Shown piece after piece: positions 1 through 13,500 of a stretch of DNA of 64,000 nt (positions are counted from its first letter, which is position 1; each line of letters opens with the position of its first letter). The notes beneath the pieces were generated by a model. That model had not been told where the DNA came from, ran no database searches, and was given only the letters and a program-made list of their open reading frames with translations. The DNA is from Antedon mediterranea. Its lineage: Eukaryota; Animalia; Echinodermata. The position numbers and the translations under genes are program-made. The stretch covers positions 25,841,175 through 25,905,174 of the forward strand of contig NC_092677.1 of NCBI RefSeq assembly GCF_964355755.1, read 5' to 3'.

Positions 1-99
1 ATACTAAAATTGAAATGTACGGCTTTACGTCTTGTTATTATTGTTATTTTCATTTCTGTGTCTTATTTATATGTTTTGTTTGCTTTTGTCTGTTTTGTT

Positions 100-182
100 T
101 TGGCGTCCCTGACACAAGCTTTGCTTTTTTGGTGACGCCACCATTTTGGAAATAAATGTTGATTTTGATTTTTTATTTTGAT
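100..182 (+). mobile_element. Non-LTR retrotransposon 3' tail (second copy at about 34173-34245)
   Basis: Both sites share CTGAC.CAAGC.TGCTTT...GGTGACGCCACCATTTT...AATAAATGTT followed by a (TGATT)n-like tail. Confidence 0.6.
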
Positions 183-846
183 ATTATTCTGGTTAGTTAA
201 CAACAATCTTGGGACTTTAATTATTTTTGTTTAAAAAAGCATTTATTGAAAACAGTTCTTGGTTCAATTTGGATAACTGTATACGAAATACTGTAGACAG
301 AAAGAAGATATTCTGGCTACTTAACAACAAGCTTGGTTTAGTACAGTAATATTACACTTAAGTGAGATTTTCTCTTAAATATTGAGTATTTCACTTAATT
401 TAATAATTTAATTTAAGCATTTCCTTTGTATTCACTTAGATGGAGATTTTTTTAATTTTAAGTGTTTCGCTTAGCCTAAGTGTGAATGGTGCATACGGCC
501 GCTGGGACTAAATTAATATCCAGAGCAGTATTTCCTTGATTTTGCAATAGTCTAGCTACCGGCTACTGAGAGCATGTCCTTAGTCATTTTAATGCTTAAC
601 TATATGAATATTAAAACAATAGACAATTCAAATGTAAACATACAGTAATATAAACAAATCAGAGCGAATGTACTTGATTAGATCAGCTTGAACAGAAGAC
701 AAGTGGGCCTTGCCACGCTAAGCACTTCCTCTAAGACTGGTAATATGCCGTACATAAATCTACTATTTCAGTATAAACAATCATGCTATCACTGCCAAAA
801 CATATCATTGACATTGCCTTTTTTCCATAAATTCTAACCAGGAAGA

Positions 847-990
847 TACTACTACTACTACTAATAACAATACGAATTTGTAATGTGCCAATTCCAGCAG
901 TAGGTGATGAAAAGGCGCGGTATGAAAGCTCAATTTGAAAGAAAAAGATGTGTTTTCAAGGCAGATTTAAAGGCGATAGTAGAAGAAGAT
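847..990 (-). mobile_element. L2/CR1 LINE 3' end
   Basis: The minus strand encodes SSTIAFKSALKTHLFLSN*, followed by a GCGCCTT...TACAAAT tail and (TAG)n. Confidence 0.7.
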
Positions 991-1149
991 GTTGAAAAGC
1001 ATTACAGTATAAAGATTCATCAATTAAAGAAATCGTGTGTATGTTTTTAATACTGTATTTTCATTACCATATCGCCACTTTAAACGAGTTTGCACATTGA
1101 CGACAGTGGCGCTATTAATCCTTCACTGGCTAAAATCAGGGGCCCAGAG

Positions 1150-1340
1150 CTTGTTTGGTTCTCACTAGAGACGCAACACAAGAACGTAACTCAACGTAAG
1201 TGATTCAAACAATGACAAGTGATGGATTATTCGAAGTGGTGCTTGTCCTTGGTCAACTCATTTGTGTTGCTTGTGTTGTGTCTAAGTTCTTGTGTTGCGT
1301 CTAAGTTTTTGTGTTGTGTCTTTAGTGAGAACCAAACAAG
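1150..1340. mobile_element. Hairpin MITE with a 9-bp TSD nested in a CAGTGGCG-terminated element (1104-1438)
   Basis: TIR CTTGTTTGGTTCTCACTA / TAGTGAGAACCAAACAAG. GGCCCAGAG is duplicated at 1141-1149 and 1341-1349. Confidence 0.85.
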
Positions 1341-1554
1341 GGCCCAGAGCATGAGCAGCCCCCAATGCAACTACCCAGCATTGGAGGGCCTTTAGGAGTG
1401 CTAAACCAGGGGCCTTTTCATCCTGCCTTACGCCACTGGATGATGCATGAAGATTTTGGCTACTTGGAAAAAAAAAATAAATAAATATGGATAATAAACA
1501 CTAATAATAGTGTTAATTTATCAAGATACAGAGTAGAGAAAGCCTAATATTTAC

Positions 1555-4500
1555 CTGTGTGGTTTTTTTCATTCGTTGAGATGGTCCTGGATACTGGTTA
1601 GAGTAAATATCGGTCAAAAAAAGAGAATTTATCAACGTACTTTTTCCAAGACCAGATTCACCTACAAAAAAAAAAGGAGATAAAAAAATGTTTAGCTTAA
1701 AATTCCATTAATTAACAATTAATTATCAAATATAGCTCATTAAAACAAATGTTATTATAAATGTACTGCAGTACTGTAATATTACCATAATTTTTAATAT
1801 TGTTGTGTAGGTTTTGACATGAGTGTTATTTTTGTTTGGAGAAGTTGGGCGGGAACACTTTATCTCTTACAACCACACTCAAGCTAATTCAACACATCAC
1901 CCATCCAAGAGTCACACCCGAGTACAAGAAAGTACAATTTTATTTTTTCACAGCCACCCATAACTTATTGACACCCATCCCTAGACTTCTTCAACTACCT
2001 ACAATACATTTGATCCATGTGCGTACCACCAACAAGGTGTGGTCAATCATTTATTGTTCAGAAATAAAGTAGTAATTTATTATATGACAACCACACTAAC
2101 AAACAGGGTTTTCCTACACAAGATATTCAGGTATGCAACAACAATGCATACAGTACTTCAATAAACACTTTAAACTCGCACGCACGTTTTTTATTACGTT
2201 TGATCCTTGAATAACAGAGTTTAAACTTTTATTTTATATGAAATACTTTTCTTTATAAATGAACACAAAAGAGACAACACTTCAAAGGAGTTAATCGAAG
2301 GTAACAATACTGAGGTAGCGTAATTAATCGCAATAAATACACTAGGGTACAATCACTACGTTTTGAGAGTAACTTTTCACCCCTGATTACATGATCAAAC
2401 ACAAGGCTAGGCCAGAGCAGCAGGACCCCTGACACATGAGGCCTAACAGGCATTCTAGCCTAGTCAAGTAGAAGCAATACACCATCAGGTTTGTGTTATT
2501 CCCTCTGTGTAACTCTAACAGAATACACATGGCTAGATTTGTCGCAACAAAGCCTATGTTTACCCTTGAGCGAAAGACACATAATTTTTCTAGTACAGGA
2601 AAAAATATCCACAAACGATAAAATTTATTTATAGAGAATTAACCTTGTTTAATATGAATCTGAAGATCATGAGAGACTAGTTCTTTGTATGGAATGGCCA
2701 TGCTATTCCAGAATAAAAGACAGATTTTTTAATTTTTTTAATTGTTCACTTTTTTAAGAACAGTATCTTTCTCTGTAATTGTAAAGCTCTGTCTACACTA
2801 TCAAACTATAGTTATGTAACAAATATGTGATGTCACCCATACAGTATATGGATATGATGAGGTCATATCACTACCATATTTGGGCATATCACTACCATAT
2901 TTGGGCATATCACTACCATATTTGGACATATCACTACCATATTTGGACATATCACCACCATATTTGGGCACATCACACTTTTATTGTCAAACTAGTTCGA
3001 TAATGTAGACAGAGCTTTAGTGTTGGATTGAAAATGCATTTGAAATACTTTTTATAAGCAACACTGTACAATCCACTTCAAAGGTAAGTAGTGATTGAGT
3101 TTTTGAAGAACGTCAATACAAATTTATAAACAATTCCAAAAATGATTAACAATAAAGTGATTATTCTTGAAGCTATAATAAAATTTAATGAGAGTCAAAC
3201 CAAGCATTTTAGTACGAACAATATGACTGGTCAAATAGACACAATTACTAGGAAATGAACCAATTGAAAAGTTGCATAGTTTTGAAGTGAGTCAATCAAA
3301 GCAGATTGGTGTCATGAACTCCTTGTGAAAATAAAACCACAAAGCAGAATCAATAGCAAGAATTAGTAGAAAGAACATTTACAATTCCAGTTTCTTATCA
3401 ATTAAAATAAACTATGATTATAGCTAGTTCTACTTTTAATATTATTATCAATGCACACACATATTCAATCACTGGTTTAACATAAAGAATTATATACTTG
3501 AATAAATGTTTTTAATTTTCTTTTAAAAGCCGCACACAAACGTATTTAATTGGAAAAAAAAACAACTGTGCCTTGCATGCACCCTTTTACATAAAAGTTA
3601 GTTTCTGGGGAAGTAAGGTGTGTCAATAAAAATTACTGATACTAGAGAAATACTGTGAATTATATCAGCAAAAATCATCAGTTTAACATTTAGCCTATTG
3701 AAAGCTGATCTACTGCAGGAAATACGTGACTACCTCAGGAAAAACAAATCTGTAAATTACACGTCCATTCTATAGTACTCTTATATTTCATTTTTAATAC
3801 AAAATTATGTACAGCATTGACTACAGTATCACACTATCAAACTTTATATGACAAAAAAATGTGATGTGTACATATATGGACATGATGATGTCATATACTG
3901 TAAATTCTACCATATTTAAATCATACTGTCAAATTATAGAAACAGTGCTCATATTCAGAACATGATCTCATAATCGCGTCAAGCATAGCTCATTAGCGAA
4001 TTTTGTTTTTATGTTGAATGACAAAATGTCTCTGGCAGGATTCCAACCATATTTTGGAACATCATACCTACCTTAGTAGTACAGTAGTTTGATAGAGCCT
4101 TATGTAGAAAACTAACTGATAATTGAAATACTGTATAACTACATCATTTCACTCTCTAAAGCCGATTTTCCACTAGGCGAATTTGTTCGCGCGAATGAAA
4201 CGTTTCGAAGAGAAAAAAATCGCCTACTCTCTTTCCACTACATGAGCGAATAGCTGCAACGTTCATGTTCCTCGCGTGGTTGCTGAGCATTTCGATTCGC
4301 ATGACTGCTCATGAAAGCGTCATAACTCATTTCCTGAGCTCTGATTGGTTGCGCAATATTTCGCTTCGCAAAAAGTAGAAACAATTCGAACTAGTAAATT
4401 TCGCTGAAGCGAAAAATCAAGGAACTAGAATTCGTCACAGAAGGGAGTATGACAGACAGAAACTCGAATACGCATGCGCAGAGCATGACGCTTTCGATTC

Positions 4501-7500
4501 GCGCGAACAAATTCCCCTAGTGGAAAATAGGCTTTACATGATCAATATACGGCTGTAGTATTTAAATATAAAACTACTGTATGTCTTCAAAACAGTATAA
4601 GCTCTGTCTACACTATCAAACTAGTTTGACAAAAAAGTGTGATGTGCCCAAATACGGTAGTGATATGCTCAAATATTGTAGTGATATGACATTTATCCTG
4701 TACAATAGGCAAATCACATTTTTTTATAGTGTAGACAGAGCTTTACAATAAGTAATTATTTAAATGTCATGTACACATTATGTATGTACAGTACATGTTA
4801 AATTTGATTAAATCTGAAAAGGTAAACAGTTTGTATGAAGAAGTACTGTACATACTGTAGTGACTAATGGTGATGAGTCACTACATAAGGGTACACCTTT
4901 AATACAGTTCTACAGTACAGCTCACCAAATCTAGTATACAAATAGGAGTTAATATAAAAAGAAATAAGCTGTCTACATTATCAAACTAGTTCGACAAAAA
5001 AAGTATGATGTGCCCAAATATGGTAGTGATATGCTTAAATATGGTAGTGATATGACATCATCATGTCCATATATGGGCACATCACATTTTGTTGCCGCAT
5101 AAAGTTTGATAGTGTAGACAGATCTTTAGAAAAACAGTTAGTACCACGCGTGCTATTGACTATAAATATAGGTACTTCTTTTTGGTGTGGACTTGAGTTG
5201 TCCCTTTAAAAGAATAGGGTTTTATGGTATATATAATAAATGTCCAGTAAAGAACTCAATTTCTCAATAAAGATTCCTTTTGCAACTTAATACTAATTAG
5301 CTTCCAAATCCATCCATCCGTTTATTTTGCTTATAAGATCTATTTAACTGTACACGTTATACCTCCATACCTTGATTGAAGGAGTGTATACATTTAAGTG
5401 TTATAAATGTTATAATACTAAAATTTTGTAGTCAGAAATGAATATCAGAATAATATAGAGAGTGAGAATAGGCTAAAGTCCACAGTAGGTAAAATAAGTC
5501 CACAGTAAAGTACTGATAGTAAGTAAAATGGTACATGAGCAGGTAATACTTTAACTACTGTACATATAAAAATAACTCAAGTGCTAGCCATAACCTTGGT
5601 AAACAGCAAATTAAAGTACAAACAATAGATTTTTGAATAATAAACGAAAAAATGATGTAGGTTGTTTAAGTTGGATCACCAAAACTTTACAAATGTACGC
5701 CTTACACAATTCTTTCAACTTATCTGCTGTAAGTGTAACTCATTTGATTGGCCACAAAAGAAACACAATAACAAGATCTCAAATTTATCATTAAAAAAAA
5801 GAATTTACTTATTTCTTGGTAATTCACCATGTTACAATGTGATCAATTATACTACTGTACAAACATTTCGTATTATTATTTAATTATTAAATTTTGAATG
5901 GAAAGAGTCCTTGGCCTTAATCAATATAATATCCTGACACCCACAAGCTGTATTCATACCATACAAACTAGGATTTAGATCAAGGTTAGCAGCAACAACC
6001 ACAATGCATTCCTATTTAGTGACTGGGACCCACCACAAAAAAAACAATTTTAAATCTTTTTCTTCTTTCTTATGACAAAAAGTGCTACTAAACTTACTAC
6101 TAGCCCCCTATAAAGCTCTGTCTACACTATATTAAACTTTACGTGACAAAAAATGTCATCATGTCCATATATGGGCACGATGATGTCGTATTCTATCTAC
6201 TGTTGTTAGTTTTGGTATATTTCTAAACTCAGGGGTTTTGTTACGACAACAGTAACTTAGAATTTGATTGTATTATTACACATGTAATACTTTATTAAAA
6301 TACAGTACAGTCAGATAAAATCTGTTACCACAAACATTTTGATTGCCTTAAAATTTCTGAAATTATTGGCGACCAAAGCACCAAAAAAAAACCAAAACAA
6401 CACAGTAGCCTGTCAGTGACTAAACTCTTTAAGTTCATATTTGACCTGTAACAAGAACATCAATTAAAATATTATCAATGGTTGATTGTTCAATTCCATG
6501 CCATATATACTTCTAAAAATCCCTTAGGCGTAGTAATAATATAGAGGAAACATAGCAGCTAACTGTACTGTACTTGCATAATAAATGCATTCTTTGTAGG
6601 TCTTTATCTGAATTCCAATGAAACAAGAAGTACTTCACAAAGTCCAGAATAAGCTCTTTCAATTATATGCTTTGTAAAGGTCAGGTCATAGGTCACACTG
6701 AGGTGAATGCTTTTTTTTCCACAATATTTAAAATAAGATGTATTACTTACTGACATAAAACAGGGAAAAGAGAATGAAGAAGAGAAGGAAATTGGGGAGG
6801 AGAAAGAGAACGGGAGGGGGAAAGAAAATGGGGCGGGGAAGGAAATGGGGAGGGGAAAGAAATGGGGAGGGGAAAGAAAATGAGGAGGGGAAAGAAAATT
6901 GGGAGGGGAAAGAGAACGGGAGGGGGAAAGAAAATGGGGGCGGGGAAGGAAAATGGGGAGGGGAAGGAAAATGGGGAGGGGAAAGAAAATGGGGAGGGGA
7001 AAGAAAATGGGGAGGGGAAAGAAAATGGGAGGGGAAACAAAATGGGGAGGGGAAATGTGAGATGAGAAGAGAGGATGGAACCTACCATTTAAATAGTAGC
7101 AGAATAAATAAAATAGTTTTATGCTTTTATAAAATGTGAAAAATAAATACTGTTTGATTTATTATTATAAGTCGGTGAGTATAAACATGTGGAGCGCTTT
7201 ATTTAGATGAAAGACAAGATAACAAACTACTAAAAGCAATACACAGAGTATCTTTATGTATGAATACTACTGTAATAACAAAAGCCTGTTCATTAAACTG
7301 TCTCCTCTTATCAATAAAATCTACCAGATTTCAAGAAAAATCAATTGTCTAAGCTCTGTCTACACTATCAAACTTCATGTGACAAAAAAATGTGATGTGT
7401 CCATACAGACATGATGATGTCATATTTGGGCATATCACTACCATATTTGGGCACGTCACACTTTCTTTTGTCAAACTAGTGTTGTGAAGTACTGTCCAAA

Positions 7501-10500
7501 TATGGTACTGAATTGCTATCGTTCAACTATCTAACCAAGTTTCGTTAAAAGTCCGAATGTACGAGGATACTGGATACCTTTTTCCCTCAATATGAAATCA
7601 CTTATATTTAATATATTTCAATCATCACACTATAAATAGATTTAATTATAGCGTCATGAAAGTATGTTATAAATTGCAGATTATATAAACCGCTTAAATA
7701 ATAAATTACAGTCAACGATCCAACATTCACTAATAAAAAATTGAGCATGAATGTAGTACACTGTATTAGGCTTTGTAGTTGACTGTAAAACTATAAATAC
7801 TGGCAGTGTCACAGGCAAATTCTGCAATACAGTGTCACACATGCATCACATGTGATGTCTGTATCATACTGTAGACCAATATGCCTACTGTATATAACAT
7901 AATACAGGTGCCACAGGTATGACACATTATAGAATTTGGTGTTTTAAAGGTTATTTTATTTTTCAAACTGATATATTAGCCTCTAAAACTATTTATTACA
8001 AAATTACATTCCGACGGTACAACTGTATAGTAATAATTGAACAGTAGTCAACCTAGCCACGATCAATATGTTTAATGCACATCGTAACTCAACCGGATTA
8101 TCATGTTCGGTTTCTACAATACAATTCGTCAATTCTTGATGAAAAACTACTCATGCGTATCAAGTTCAAGATTTCATTCATTAAAGAAAAATCAATTGTC
8201 TAACTGCAAAACGTCTGTAGCACATGGCTTTGTTCAAGTGTTTTTATCGGTTTAAGATACTGCGTATAGGAAAGCGATATTTCTACTCGCTACGAAAAAA
8301 TATTGGAGACAATAATATTGATTTCCTGATTAAATTTGTGTGTCAATGAGTTTAATGTTTCATTTAAAATGGTTATGAACTATTAAAAACAAAACGGAAC
8401 CACTATTTTGATAATTTATTCTGTAGAATTCTAAAAAAAAAAAAATTAATTCTAAAGAAATAAACTATAAAACAGAACTGTCATAATATATAATAATAAT
8501 ATATGTATAATTTTATACTATGTCAAAAAAATAACCTTAAAAAAGACAGCTGTATCGCATTGTAAACAATAATAATAAATAATAAATAAATAAATAATAA
8601 TAATAATAAATGAAAACTTATAAATCGCCAGCTCATGGCGCTTTGTGCATTAAAAAAACGTACAATAATAAACTACGAATTAAAAGACGTTTACTATAAT
8701 TTCAATATAAAATTTAATTACAAAAAGAGAGATTGACGTTTCGGTACCATTTTCAAGATCAAGTGAATACAAAACAATTAGGCTAGGCTACAGTAGGCTA
8801 GGCTAGGCTAGGCTAGTGTTTTGTATTCACTTGATCTTGTAAATGGTTCTACGATGGTACCGAAACGTCAATCTCTCTTTTTGTCATTCAATTTTATATT
8901 GAAATAATAAACTAACATTAACAATATTTTACCAAAAATGAAACTAAACAGTTTCGTTTTCCATCGATACTGACACTATAATTTTAAAAAATAATTAAAA
9001 TCATGTAATGACATTAAAAACTATGGACATTTGTATTAAAAAGTTAATATTCTCTGTTAAAATACAAGCTGAGTACCGTTTGTAACTAAAACGTAAAAAT
9101 CAGCTTTACTGATATTGTAATGTCTGTACTACAGTATGTTTGATATTTATAGTTCTATCAACTTATTGAATTAAGATGACAACATGGGGGCTGTGGCAGG
9201 AAACAGAAAACATTGCTATCTGGGATTGGGAAATGATTTATATATTTTTCTGGGCTACATTCCAAACAACTTTTCTACGTGTATGAATGTAGAAAAATAA
9301 TCCTAACCCAAGTACTGTAAAGCTCTGTCTACACATCATCAAACTAGTTTTAAAAAAAAAGTTTTGTGTCCGAATATGGTAGTGATATGCCTAAATATGG
9401 TAGTGATATGCCTAAATATGGTAGTGATATGCCTAAATATGGTAGTGATATGCCTAAATATGGTAGTGATATGCCTAAATATGGTAGTGATATGCTTAAA
9501 TGTGGTAGTGATATGCCTAAATGTGGTAGTGATATGCCTAAATATGGTAGTGATATGCCTAAATGTGGTAGTGATATGCCTAAATGTGGTAGTGATATGC
9601 CTAAATATGGTAGTGATATGCCTAAATATGGTAGTGATATGCCTAAATGTGGTAGTGATATGATCATCATCATGTCTACAGTGTTTATGGGCACATCACA
9701 TTTTTTTGTCACTTAAAGTTTGATAGTGTAGAAAGAGCGTAATGTTCAGATTCCTAATATAAAAACATTTGAAACATAAAGTAAAGTAAAATATTTTTGG
9801 TTGATATTTCATAATTCACTTTCCAGTAAAAAGTCATCAACATCCCGCCAAGAACTGAGAAATCATGAATATTATACTTCATTTTATCACTTTCCTTCTA
9901 TAAATATAAATTGATAGATAAATTATCAACTGAGGTGTTATAACAGCCAATAAGAGGTGGCCTTTGATTTCCTCCTGTCTCATAGCAGCAGTCTGACCTT
10001 TGACCTACAACAAGTTGAAAGTATATTTTGTGAAAGTATCTCTCTTGAGGAAAAACTACATTAAATTTTGTAGAATGTTTAAAGCCAAATAAGGTAACAG
10101 ATAAATGTCAAAATACTACTTTGAAAAAAAGTAGTTTAAATGTTAAGCATGCATTTACTGTACTTCTGGTACTATAAAAGTATACAATATAGGCCTACTA
10201 TTCTTAAATCTTATACTATTTATGGACTAGGTACTTTTTAAAGCCTTTTATAAAATTCCTTAGCCCTAGGCTTCTATTATACAATACAGTATAAAATGGG
10301 TTAAATTACATTTATTGTGTTGATTGTTCACTTTAATTATTGATTCCAATGGGTAGGAATTCTCGTGGGGCATGATGAGGGTTTTGGGAGATTATTTGAT
10401 AGGGTGGGTGCTTATTGATCCAGAGGTTATTTGATTATCCTAGAATTTAAGGACCCTATTTTAATTAAATTGATTTTTCTTTCGACTTCGGCTATCCTTG

Positions 10501-13500
10501 GTTTCTTGTTTAATGTATTTGCTTGTAAATTGTTTGTATTCATAGTGTCTTGTAATCTTATGTTGAAACCGAAAAAATCAAATCAAATCAAATCAAATCA
10601 AACATCAGAAAAAGTTTGTCAAAATAAAACCTAGATAATTCAATTAATACTGTATTGTATATAATTCTCAGTTTTTATACAGATAACATCACTGGTTATA
10701 TGTTTAATTCAAAATGAAGTGCAAAATTGATGGGCATTTAAAAAATAAACTATACATTTTAACAAACTTTATCAAATGTTAGGCAACCAAACTTCAGTGT
10801 ATTATAGCACATCCTTCAAAAGGTACTGATGATAAAATCATCAAATTCATAATATGTTTAATGCAAAACGAAGTTCACAAAAATAAACTACACATTTTAA
10901 CAAACTTTATCAAATGTGAGGCAACAAAATGTCAGTAATTTTAACGCAGCCTTCAATTTGTACTGATAACATCATCAAATGCGTAATAAAATCTTGGTAA
11001 GCTAAGCTAGCTACGAATACTACTAGGCTTTCTGTAGTTCAGGTTCATTAATAAACCATCAAGTCCTGAAGCATTTTATGCCCTTTAAAGGCAATAATAT
11101 GATGTCATACCTACTCTAGGCCTGAAGGTTGATCAAGATCTAGAAAATAAGCTAGATGCTCTCTGGGTCACACCAAGAATGGAGTTCTATTATTAATGAC
11201 TGACATCAAACAATCATTGATAAAAACAAAAATATGTCTTATTTGTCTTATCAAAACCGAAACATTATGGTGTCATTCATTGTCAATAAATTTAACTAGG
11301 CTCTACTCTAGAACTGCTCTCAATTACGTATACAGTTAATGTATAAGAAATGGCAAAACAAAATTATTTTGCTGATTAAAGATCTGTCTACACTATCGAA
11401 CTTACTTGTTTGACAAAAAAAAGTGTGATGTGCCCAAATATGATAGTGATATACCCAGGCCCATTTATGGTAGTGGTATGACATCATCATGTCCATATAT
11501 GGGCACATCACATTTTTTGTCACATAAAGTTCGATATTAATGTAGACAGAGCTTAAGAATTTTCACAAGCTGCAGAACCTTCCAAACAGTAGACATGATG
11601 GTGATGACTATTTGTGATGAGGTTTCCGGCTGGGACATGGGAAAACAATAACTGAATTGCACTGGGTATCACAAAAGCAGATGTTCGTCAAACTTTACAA
11701 TTAACAACACGTTAAGGCTCGTAAAACATATTGTTACACTTGTGTGCCACCCACCTTCCTGTTAATACTGTAATAGTAAAAAGTAGAAGGACCTATATTC
11801 TGCTGCAAATACTGTAAGTATACAAGGGAGTTGTAAATACAACTCCCTGGTATACCCCTCTGGTAAAAATCTCAGTACAGTTTATCAAAAATAAATACTC
11901 AATCCTAAAATATTTTTGGTTGTCTATGCAAGGGCAATGTTAAGAACTTTAGCCTTCAAGTTCTTAACTAAACCTAAAGGTGTGGCTACTAATCTATTAT
12001 TTAGTAACATCAAGTAGTAGCCTACTTCACAGCACAGTACAAAACAGTGGAGATTGATTCAGTGAAAATTACAATCAGGGCATCACGTATGCAAAACCCA
12101 GGAGAGCAACAAATCGCTCTCCTCAAATCACTGAGGAGAGCAATTCGCTCTCCTTGCAAAAATTTTAAATCGCTCTCCTCAAATATTTATGTTGAAGTTG
12201 AAGGATGGTCGCCCTTATTAAAAATGGCTGGCCCTTATTAATTTTTTGTACACATTTTTTTGCCCGACAGGGGATAAAACCCCCCCCCCCCCCCCCGGGC
12301 ACAACAAATGTATACTGTACCTCTCCCCTAAAATCCCCCACACCCACCTTTACACACAATATTTTCCGTGGGGATCGTATTATTCTACAGTACAAAAAAC
12401 TCAAGCCAATTTTTTTTTTATGGCCTGCCTGGGTAGATTGGGTTTCAGGAGCCTGGAGAATCCTGTCCTGGCCAACTATATGCCTTTAGCCTAGCTTTTC
12501 TAGCCTAGCTTGTTGGCCTAGAAATCAGACAGAAAACCTGAAAAGTATTTACCTGCAATTCATAAATTATACAATTCTAACATGCAACAGCCATTAAAAT
12601 ATTGATAATAAGTTACAAAGTGTCATTTTAAAATAATTAAGAAAGATATTTGATCGTGTTTACATGTGTCACACATGGGCGCACGCACAATAGGGGAGGG
12701 CTGAGAGAGCTTCTAGAAGATGCTGACGTCACACATCAGCACGTGTTTTGAGGAGGATTTGAGTGACCAAAATTGGTTAGAACTTTCGAAGAAATAATCC
12801 ATCTTCAAAATGACATAATTAAAGCAACCAGCAGCTAAGCTTTTTTAAATAATAAACATTATATTTAGGCCTCCTATATTAATGTTTCCTTTTAAAATTA
12901 AATATATTTTATTAACTCGTTCCATAAAAACATAAAGGGAAAAATTATTGGTTGGGACATGATCTTCCTGTAAAGGAGGTGTTTCTATGACACCGTACTG
13001 GTTGCACTATGAGGCGATGAAGTAAACTCGCCCTTGAATGCGCGCAGGCAGGGGAATCCCCTTTGTTGGTACCTCGCACTGTGTGAGATGGAGCGCGATG
13101 AATTGCTCTCCTTTTCGAAGGTTGTTGATTGCGATCGCGCTCGCGATCCTTAAAAACGAGGGACTGCCATTAGGCTTGTAGCTTTATAACTTAGCTTATA
13201 TATTATTAGCCTAGGCCTAGATTGGTTTTAACTTTTAAAAATCCACGTGTTTTTAGGCCTCTTGACAGAAAAATCAACACTGTCATGTCAAAAGCTAGGC
13301 TCTATTTTGAAAATTAAGGAGCGCGATAAATTGCTCTCCTCGAAGCCTGTTGAGGAGCGCGGAGGAGCGCGGTCGCGCAGGCGCTCCTTATAAATGATGC
13401 CCTGTACAATGATAAAATAATTTGTACTGTGGAGTGCAGATACTCATTATGTAGTCTCTGGTTTGGAGTTACTCCTAAAAAAATGTTGAAAGTTCTTTTC

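Noticed and set aside
6747-7139. G/K/E-rich and P/F/S-rich ORFs
   Set aside because: Translation of a polypurine minisatellite.
9350-9716. Three overlapping 7-aa-repeat ORFs
   Set aside because: Translation of the 21-bp MITE minisatellite.
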